Origin: the human T2T-CHM13v2.0 reference genome, Homo sapiens
DNA: 64,000 bases
Direction: 5' to 3' (one strand)
Assembly: GCF_009914755.1 (NCBI RefSeq)
Contig: NC_060928.1
The notes under the pieces are model-generated. The model made no database searches. It was not told the origin of the DNA and was given only the letters and a program-made list of their open reading frames with translations. Below, one piece after another: positions 53,601-64,000 of this stretch. Within the stretch, counting starts at the first letter, position 1. Each line of letters opens with the position of its first letter. A program made the translations under genes and the position numbers.

Positions 53601-55742
53601 AAACCCACGCCAATATCATACTGAATGGGCAGAAGCTGGAAGCATTCCCTTTGAAAACTGGCATATGAAAAGGATGCCCTCTCTTACCAGTCCTATTCAA
53701 CATAGTATTGGAAGCTCTGGCCGGGGCAATCAGGCAAGAGAAAGAAATAAAGCGTATTCAACTAGGAAGAGAGCAAGTAAAATTGTCTCTGTTTGCAGAC
53801 AACATGTTTGTATATTTAGAAAACCCCATTGTCTCAGCCCAAAATCTCCTTACACTGATAAGCAACTTCAGCAAAGTCTCAGGATACAAAATCAATGTGG
53901 AAAAATCACAAGCATTCCTATACACCAATAATAGACAGAGAGCCAAATCATGAGTGAACTCCCATTCACAATTACTAGAAAGAGAATAAAATACCTAGGA
54001 ATACAATTTAGAAAAAATGTGAAGGACCTCTTCAAGGAGAACTACAAACCACTGCTCAAGGAAATAAGAGAGGAACAAACAAATGGAAAAACATTCCATG
54101 CTCATGGATAGGGAAAATCAGTATCATGAAAATGGTCATATTGCCCAAGGTAATTTATAGATTCAATACTATCCTCATCAAGCTACCATTGACTTTCTTC
54201 ACATAATTAGAAAAAACTACCATAAATTTCATATGGAACCAAAAAAGAGCCCATATAGCAAAGACACTCCTAAGCAAAAAGAACAAAGGTGGAGGCATCA
54301 TGCTACCTGACTTCAAACTATACTATACTGCAAGGCTACAGCAACCAAAACAGCATGGTACTGGTACCAAAACAGACATATAGACCAAAGGAACAGAACA
54401 GAGCCCTCAGAAATAACACCACATATCTACAACCATCTGATCAACCATCTGTTTTTGACAAACCTGACAAAAACAAGCAATGGGGAAAGGATTCCCTATT
54501 TAATAAATGGCATTGGGAAAACAGGCTAGCCATATGCAGAAAACTGAAACTGGACCCCTTCATTACATCTTACACAAAAATAAACTCAAGATGGATTAAA
54601 GACTTAAATGTAAGACCCAAAACCATAAAAACCCTAGAAGAAAACCTAGGCAATACCATTCAGGACATAGGCATGGGCAAAGACTTCATGTCTAAGACAC
54701 CAAAAACAACTACAACGAAAGCTAAAATAGATAAATGGGATCTAATTTAACTAAGGAGCTTCTGCACAGTAAAAGAAACTATCATCAGAGTGAACAGGCA
54801 ACCTACAGAGTGGGAGAAATTTTTTGCAGTCTATCCATCTGACAAACTACTAATATCCAGAATCTACAAGGAACTTAAACAAATTTAGAAGAAACAAACA
54901 AATAACCCCATCAAAAAGAGGGTGAGAGATATGAACAGACATTTTGCAAAAGAAGACATTTATGCGGACAACAAACATGAAAAAAAGCTCATCATCACTG
55001 GTCATTAGAGAAATGCAAATCAAAACCACCGTGAGAGACCATATTATGCCAGTTAGAATGGCAATCGTTAAAAAGTCAGGAAACAACAGATGCTGGAGAG
55101 GATGTGGAGAAACTAGGAACACTTCTACATTGTTGGTGGTGGTGTAAATTAATTCAATCATTGTGGAAGACAGTATGGTGATTCCTCAAGGATCTAAAAC
55201 TAGAAATACCATTTGACCCAGCCATCCCATTACTGGGTATATACCCAAAAGATTATAAATTATTCTACTATAAAGACACATGCACACATATATTTATTGC
55301 AGCACTATTCATAATAGGAAAGACTTGGAACCAACCCAAATGCCCATCAATGATATACTGGATAAAGAAAATGTGGCACATATACACCATGGAATACTAT
55401 GCAGCCATAAAAAAGGATGAGTTAATATCTTTTGCAGGGACACGGATGAACCTGGAAACCATCATTCTTAGCAAACTAATATAGGAACAGAAAACCAACC
55501 ACCACATGTTCTCACTCATAAGTGGGAGTTGAACAATGAGAACACATGGACACAGGGAGGGGAACATCACACCCCAGGGCCTATTGGGGGGTGGGGTCTA
55601 GGGAAGGGATAGCATTAGGAAAAATACCTAATGTAGATGACTGGTTGATGGGTGCAGCAAACCACCATGGCGCGTATATACCTGTGTAACAAACCTGCAC
55701 ATTCTGCAAATGTATCCCAGAACTTAAAGTGTGATTTAAAAA
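50623..55742 (+). mobile_element. Originally full-length L1PA7/8-like LINE with a ~1.4-kb ORF2 deletion; ORF1 and ORF2 disrupted
   Basis: 5' UTR (caagatggccaaataggaacagctcc), ORF1 from 51961, ORF2 from 53069 (MTESNSHITILTLNVNGLNAPIKR), 3' UTR; exact 15-bp TSD aagagtcaatttctg. Confidence 0.95.
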
Positions 55743-56799
55743 AAGAGTCAATTTCTGAATTATTTCTCAGTTTGAAGAATATGTCCTATCCATTAGAGGA
55801 GAAAAATTTTCACACAGTGTTGTAGTACTCTTTATGACTACAGTTCACCAGTGCCTATGGTCACATAGTTGTGTGTATGCAATGTATGTGTATTCAAATT
55901 ACTAGCCAAGGGCCACTGATGTTTTAAAGACAAGTGAAACAATAGTTCTTCTAAATGGGAAACATTATTAAAAAAACTATTGACTGGCAAGTTGTAGGTG
56001 ACTCCAGTCACTCTTGAATTACTGAAAATAGGCAATTTGCTCTTTTTGCTTTTTACCTAAAATAAATGGAGTTCTTTCGACTCATGAATGCTATAATAAA
56101 AGGTCAAAATCTTTTATTCCCATCTCAGGAGCAATGTCTCTAAAAGACACCGTGCCCTATGCCTTTGCTGAGCAAAACAACTAGAGACGTAGCAATTTTT
56201 TATTATAGGATACAATGCTTTTCCAATGACCTTATGACTTTGGGACATTAAAAAGCCTGTCCATTAACAACACACAAAAACAGAAGAAACCTGAAGGAAA
56301 ATGTCAATTCAAATGTTACATAAAATTTGTTTAACTGTATATGAATAAAAGAAAATGAGTTGCATGTCTTTTTAAAAAATAAATTGTTTAAAAATATTTG
56401 AATTTCCTTTTCTTATTTATATTTATTGAATATGTGAATGTGCACTTTTTGTTACCCTACTGATAATTGCTATTGATATTACTTGTGGTTTTGTTAAAGT
56501 AACACAAGTTCTAAGTTTAAATTTTTTATGACAGAATAGGTATTTTATAGAGAAACATAAGATTTTTTCTCATTGAATCACCATTGATGACTGTAAGTTT
56601 CAAGCTGATCTATCCGGTAAAAAAAAAATTCCATGAAGAGAGTTCACCACTAAATTATTCGTGGTTTTTTAAAAAAGTATAATTACAGAAGTATTAATAT
56701 TCATTTGGTAAATTCAGAAAAGCATTTTTAATTTAGAAAACCTATTATAACCTACCCAGAGATATCTACTATTAATATTTTGATGGATTTTATTTCAAT

Positions 56800-57050
56800 A
56801 TTAAGTGGTTAAGAGCATAGGATCAAGAGCCATTTCAAAATACTGCTCTATCATTTACTAACCTTGAGACTTTAAGCAAATCACTTAGCTACTTTGTGCC
56901 TTAGTTTTTATATCAATAAAACAGACATGATAATAGACCTAAGTCACAAGGTCATTGACAGGTTTAAGTGAGGTAAAACATGTAAAGTGCTTAGAAAAAA
57001 TCCTGGTACATAGTAAGAGTGCAATATGTAATAGTTTGAATATTATTGCT
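56800..57050 (+). mobile_element. MIR SINE
   Basis: agtggttaagagcatagg...ctttaagcaaatcactt...tgtaaagtgcttagaa...cctggtacatagtaag. Confidence 0.75.
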
Positions 57051-57584
57051 GTTTTCCCTTTCATTTTTTTATATTGTTGATTTATTATGTTTGGGATGTC
57101 ACCAGCTTAAAAACAGTTATGAACTTTCTGGAAATTTTGGAAAATATGGTCAAAATTTAAAAATAAAATTGCACTTCTTAATACATTATCATACATAAGC
57201 ACTGTTAATATCTGGATGCACAGTTTAAAAACCACCTCTGATCATAATAGACTCCAAAATACTCAGATGTGATAAATATATATATTTATAAATACATAGA
57301 AATAAATTTAACACAAGTAGTGAGAGACTTGTACACTAACAATTACAAACATTACCGAAGAAAATGAATTTCTAAATGATTAGGAAGACTTTCCTTATAC
57401 ATCAGTTGAAATATTCAATAGCATTAAGACTGTATTCTCCCAAAATTAATCTATAGCTTCAGCACAATATCTATCAAAATTCTAGTGGGCTTTTTTGGGG
57501 CATAAATTGAGAAGATAATCTTAAATGTATATGAAATTGCAAAATGTCTAGAATATACAAAACAATTCTGAAAAGAATAGCACA

Positions 57585-60500
57585 AGGAGGGGCCAAAATG
57601 GCCAACTGGATACAGCTGTGGTTGGCGGCTCCCACCGAGAAGAACAAAAATGATGAGTGAATCCTGCACCGGCAACTGAGGTATCCAGGTTCTCTCATTG
57701 GGATTGACTAGGCAGTTGGCACAACCCACAAAGAGTGAGGAGAAACAGGGTGGTAAGGCCCATCTGGGTGCCACACAGAGGCAAGAAGAGATCCCACCCC
57801 AAGCCAAGGGAGGTGGTGAGTGATTGTGCTACTCTGACTAGGAAACCACACTTTTTTCATGGATCTGTGCAACCCGTGCATCAGGAGATCCTCCTCATCA
57901 GCCTATGCCAGCCACCAGGGCTTTGGGTCCCAAGCACAGAGCTATGCAGATTCTTAGCAGCCACTCTGCTGGATACTGTTTAAGACTATGGGGCTCTGCA
58001 GGGGAGGGACAGACATCATCACTGTGACTACCTGCTGCCTAAGGTGACTGAGCTCCTAAGGGGAGGGATGGCAGCCATCGCTGCAGCTCCAGCCTGCCAT
58101 TTTTCCCCTGCTGGTGCCAGGGAGACTGGGCAGTTTGGATCAAAAAGGAATTACCCACAATGCAGCACAGTGGCTGTGGCTCATGGCCCAACTGCCTCTT
58201 TAGACCAGACCCTGATGCATCCCTCTTCACCAGGTGGGGCTTCCCTGCAGGAATTTCAGCAACTCCAGCCAAGAGTTTAGGGACAGAATTCTAAACTCCC
58301 TAGGACTGAGCCCCTAGGAGGAGCGGTGGCCATTGTCTCCATGGATCAGCTGACTTAGTCTTTCCCCCTGCTGGCTCTGAGGAATCCAGGCAGCCCAGAC
58401 AAGTAGGATTTCCCCCAGTCCAGTGCACCCCCTCCACCAAGGGGCAGCCAGAGTGCTTCATTAAGAGAGCCCCAGATCCCGTGCCTCCTGACTGGGTAAG
58501 AGTAAGATCCCTCCAGCAGGGGTCGTCAGACATGTTATACAGGAGTGTTCCTGCCAGCATCAGGTTGGTGTCCCACTGGGACAGAGATCCCAGAGGAAGG
58601 AGCAGGCAGCCATCTTTGCTGTTCTGCAGCCTCCACTGGTGACACTTTCAATTGCAGGAGGGACCCAGAAGAATAGGATCTGGAGTGGGCCCCAAGCAAA
58701 CCACAGCAGCCCTATGGAAGAGGGGTCTGACTGTTAAAAGAAAAACAAACAAACAGAAAGCAACAACAACTGCATCAACAAAAAAGTGTCCCCACAAAAA
58801 CCCCATCCAAAGGTCAGCGGCCTCCAAAATCAAAACTAGATAAACTCATGAAGGTGAGAAAGAATCAAAAAAAAATGCTGAAAACTCAAAAAGCCAGAGT
58901 GCCTCTTCTCCAGATGATTGCAACACCTCTCCAGCAAGGGCACAGAACTGGGTGGAGGCTGAGATGGATGAATTGTCAGAAGTATGCTTCAAAAGCTGGG
59001 TAATAGTGAACTTCACTGAGCTAAAGCAGCATGTTCTAACCCAATGCCAAGAAGCTAAGAGCCATAATAAAACATCACAGGAGCTGTTAACCAGAATAAC
59101 CCAGTTTAGAGAGGAACATAAATGACCTGATGGAGCTGAAAAACACAACACGAGAACTTCACAATGCAACCACAAGTATCAATAACTGAACAGACCAAGC
59201 AGAAAAAAAGAATTTCAGAGCTTGAAGGCTATCATACTGAAATAAGACAGACAAGATTATTTCAAAAAAAAAAATAAAAAAGAATGAACAAAACCTCCAA
59301 GAACTACGTATAAGATTATGTAAAATGATTGAACCTATGACTGACTGGGGTACCTGAAAGTGACAGGGAGAACAGAACCAAGTTGGAAAACATACTTCAG
59401 GTTATCATCTAGGAGAACTTCCCCAACCTAACAAGACAGGCCAACATTCAAATTCAGGAAATCCAGAGAACACCACTAAGAAACTCTATGAGAAGGTCAA
59501 CCCCAAGACACATAATCATCAGATTTTCCAAAGTTGAAATGAAGGAAAAAATGTTAAGTGCAGCCAGAGAGAAAGGCCAAGTCACTTACAAACAGAAGCT
59601 CATCAGACTAACAGCAGACCTCTCAGCAGAAACCCTACAAGCCAGAAGAGAGCAGGGGCCAATATTCAACATTCTTAAAGAAAAGAATTTCTAACCCAGA
59701 ATTTCATATCCAGCCAAACTAAACATCATAAGCAAAGAAGAAATAAAATCCTTTTCAGACAAGCAAATGCTGAGGGAATTCGTCACCACCAGGCTTGCCT
59801 TTCAAGAGCTTCTGAAGGAAGCACTAAATGTGGAAAGGAAAACCAATTACCTGTCACAGCAAAAACACACTGAAGTACAAAGATCAATTACACTATGAAG
59901 CAACTACATCAACAAGTCTGCAAAATAACAGGCTAGCATCATGATGACAGGAGCAAATTCACACATAACAACATTAACCTTAAGTATAAATGGGCTAAAT
60001 GCCCCAATTAAAAGACAGAATGGCAAGCTGAATAGAGTCAAGATTCACTGGTGTGCTGTATCCAAGAGACCTAACTCATGTTCAAAGACACATATAGGCT
60101 CAAAATCAAGGGATGGAAGAAAATTTACCAAACAACTAGAAAGCAGAAAAAAGGAGGGGTTGCAATCCTAGTTTCTGACAAAACAGATTTTAAGCCAACA
60201 AAGATCACTTAATAAACTTAAAAAGAAATCCCTCAATACTGGAGCTGTACTCAGCTCTGGATTAAGTGCACCTGATAGATATCTACAGCATTCTCCACCC
60301 AAAACAACAGAATACACATTCTTCCTACCACTACATGGCACTTACTCTAAAATCAATCACATAATTGGAAGTAAAACACTTCTCAGCAAATGCAAAAGCA
60401 CTGAAATCATAACAAATAGTCTCTCAGACCACAGCACAATCAAATTAGAACTCAAGATTAAGAAACTCACTCAAAACCACACAACTACATGGAAATTGAA

Positions 60501-60653
60501 CAACCTGCTCTTGAATGACTCCTGGGTAAATAATGAAATTAAGGCAGAAATCAGCAAGTTCAGCAAACTGCCATGGCACATGTTTACCTATGTAGCAAAC
60601 TTGCATGCCCTGCACATGTATCCCAGAACTTTAAATTAAATTAATTTTTTTAA
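57585..60653 (+). mobile_element. Older primate L1PA (about L1PA10-13) retaining 5' UTR, ORF1, partial EN and the extreme 3' end; two internal deletions
   Basis: 5' UTR ggccaaaatggccaactgg, ORF1 peptide MRRSTPRHIIIRFSKVEMKEKML, ORF2 start MMTGANSHITTLTL; TSD aaaagaatagcaca/aaaagaagagcaca. Confidence 0.9.
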
Positions 60654-60712
60654 AAAAGAAGAGCACAGTGAGAAGACTCAACCTTTCCATTTCAAAATGT
60701 AATATAAAACTA

Positions 60713-61431
<719 letters not shown>

Positions 61432-62829
61432 TTATAGATTTATAGACAATTCATTTCACTTTTTAACAAATGTTGCTTGAACAAGTGGATATCCATATGT
61501 CAAAAAATTTAAAAATGAACTTAGACCCTTACCTCTCACCATGCACAAAAATTAACACAAAATGGGTCACATATTTAAAGAGCTAAAACATTAGAACTTT
61601 TAGAAGATAACATAGGGGAAAATACTTGAGATCTTGGATTAGGTAAAGATTTCTTAAATACTATACACCACCAAAAGCATGGTTCATAATAAATTTACTA
61701 GGTTGGATTTCCTCAAAATTCAAAATATACCATTAAAAAAATAAAAATGCAAACCACAGAAAGGAAGGAAATACATGCAAAATGTATCTGAGTTTTTAAG
61801 TATATCCAGAATATACAATTTAACAATGACATATAAACATTTGAATAGCCACTAAACAAAAACATGAACAACAAATTTGAATAAATATTTTACAAAAAGC
61901 AACGTATGGATGGCTGATAATCCCATGAAAAGATGCTCAATATCATTAGTTGGTAGGGAAATGCAAATTAAAACCACAATGAGATACCATTTCATACCAA
62001 CTAGAATGGCTATATTCAAAAAGATAGACCATACCAGGTATTGGCCAGGATATAGAGATCAGGAAGCTTCCTACTTTATGATGTGAACATGAAATGGTAC
62101 AACTACCTTGGAAAACAATTAGGCAGTTTCTTATAAAGTTAAACATAAATTTGCTATATGCTCCAGGAATTCCACTATGAGGTGTCTATCCAAGAAAAAA
62201 TTAAAACATATATCCAGACAAAGATTTGTGCATAAATGTTCTTAACAGTATTATTTATAATATCCATAAATTTGAAACAATGTAGTGTCAATCAGCTGAC
62301 AAATGGATAGATAAGATGTAGTATACCTGTACAATGGAATACCATTTAGCAATAAGAAAGAATAATACATTCTTTGTATCATGTACACAGAATTTTATGT
62401 AAAGAATGATACATAACAACCACTGATACATGTTACGACGTAACTATGTTGGGTCTTTTTATTCGTCACTGACATTTGGTTCTTAACCAATCTTCAAACA
62501 TTACATTAAGTGAGAGAAGCTAAACACAATAGATCACATATTGTATAATTTCATTTTTGTGAAATATTGAGAAAAATCAAACTCTATAGAAACAGAAAAA
62601 AATTAGTGATTGCCCAGGACAAGGTGTGGGAGATGAAGTTGGGGATTAGCAGTAAAAGAATATGAAAGATATTATCAGGGTGATGGAAGTGTTCTAAAAC
62701 TTATTTATGATAATGGTTATACAAGTTGGTAAAGTTGGTAAAAAAATCACTAGATTGTATGCTTTAAATAGATGAATTATATGATGTCTATAGTATCCTT
62801 CAATAAAGTTATATTAATAAATACTCTGG

Positions 62830-63460
62830 TCCAGTTCTGCATGTGAGAAGCTTGGAAGTTGCCTCTCTGTCCTCATATCAAGTAAAAAAGCAAAAAGACT
62901 GAAAAATCAGCAACTTTTTTAGTATCCATAAAAGAGTTGAGGACACAGGGCAAACTGCAGCCCCCAGGATTGGAGAGATAGATGGACAATGAAGGGAGTC
63001 ATGGCTTACCATAGCAGCCACTCAGGAAACCACGGCAGGAATCAGTGCTAGGGTAGGAAAACCTGAACTGTAATTGATGAGTTGCTGGAAGCTCAATGTG
63101 GACAACTCTGAGATCTAAAAACTCCAGGGGGGTACAATCTGCTCTAGCTTTCCCTGCAGGAGAAGGAAATAACCAACTCCACCTTGCAAGGGGGAATTAA
63201 AAATCAAGAAACATTTGTGAAGCTCAAAGTCCAGTGGCACATGTCCAGTGAAAGACCAAATCACAAAACTGTAGAATGATGCTTGCCTCCCCCAACACCT
63301 CACTGCCACATTTCTAAAGGCCTATTTCAAGTGATTTTGTTTACCTGGTACATCATGTCTGGCTACAAGGAAAAAATTACAAGGCCTACCAAAGGCAAAA
63401 AATACAGTTGGTAGAGACAGAGCAGGCATCAGAACCAGACATGGTGTTATGTAGGAATGT
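62830..63460 (+). mobile_element. Old L1M 5'-end fragment
   Basis: agaagcttggaagttgcc...gactgaaaaatcagcaact...ggacacagggcaaactg...gggtaggaaaacctgaactgtaattga. Confidence 0.55.
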
Positions 63461-64000
63461 TGGAATTTCTTTAAAATAAATTTTCAAATTGGAAAGTAAG
63501 TGACCTTCAACATCATTTTTAAAATTGTTTTGGCTATTTTGGGCTTTTCTATTCACTTATAATTGATGTTTACTTCTTAAACAAGCAATTGCCTTCAAAG
63601 CTTCATTTACCTGTTATTTTTTTAAGTTATGCAAGTGCTTTGTTGTTCACATAACAACAAAGAGGAGAAAACACAAACTTTGTTTCTGAGCCACTATGAT
63701 AGATTGGTAACTATGGGGATATGACAATGTACATAAAGTACTATATATGAACATGACAAATTTGATTTTGTAGAAAGTATATATATTTAGCACCATGTCA
63801 TTGAGATAACAGTATAGAAATATTTTTGGCAAACACATGAATAAGAAATGTTAAGGCAGAAATATCTCCATTCAGTTATTTCATCATTAATGTCTGATCT
63901 TTCTCATAACAGAAAGATGTTTTCCATATATTGTTGATAATAACATTACAAAATAATCATCTACTCAAGAAATTGTTGTCATAAGTACCAGTTAATCCAT

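Noticed and set aside
50699-60171. L1 ORF1/ORF2 fragments as functional genes or an active element
   Set aside because: Multiple stops, frameshifts and large deletions removing EN/RT parts.
60541-60580. L1 internal deletions as spliced L1 RNA insertions
   Set aside because: This junction retains both the would-be GT and AG, and the 53456 junction lacks a GT donor.

Overview
Primate (very probably human) genomic DNA, AT-rich and dense in repeats (Alu, L1PA/L1M, L2, MIR, MaLR/ERVL LTRs, hAT MITEs). I found no intact recognisable protein-coding sequence, structural RNA gene or CRISPR array. The core is a ~1.8-kb CpG island (~28.9-30.7 kb). It looks like the promoter of a minus-strand gene: a TATA box that is also a perfect MEF2 site, a short first exon, a (GCC)9 repeat, a G4 motif and flanking CTCF motifs. 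Several candidate small spliced exons run leftwards from it (28058, 27200, 23176, 15196, 1014). I could not name the gene. The right half is intergenic and holds nested or rearranged retroelements. Main observations: (i) a 34-nt segment at an L1 deletion junction (60209-60242) apparently copied from a unique site 39 kb away (20864-20897); (ii) AUG-initiated poly-Gly (+) and poly-Arg (-) ORFs crossing the same GGC/GCC repeat; (iii) a putative 81-aa small ORF spliced across four predicted exons. Repeat subfamily names come from recalled consensus features, not a database search. All exon calls are motif-based predictions.
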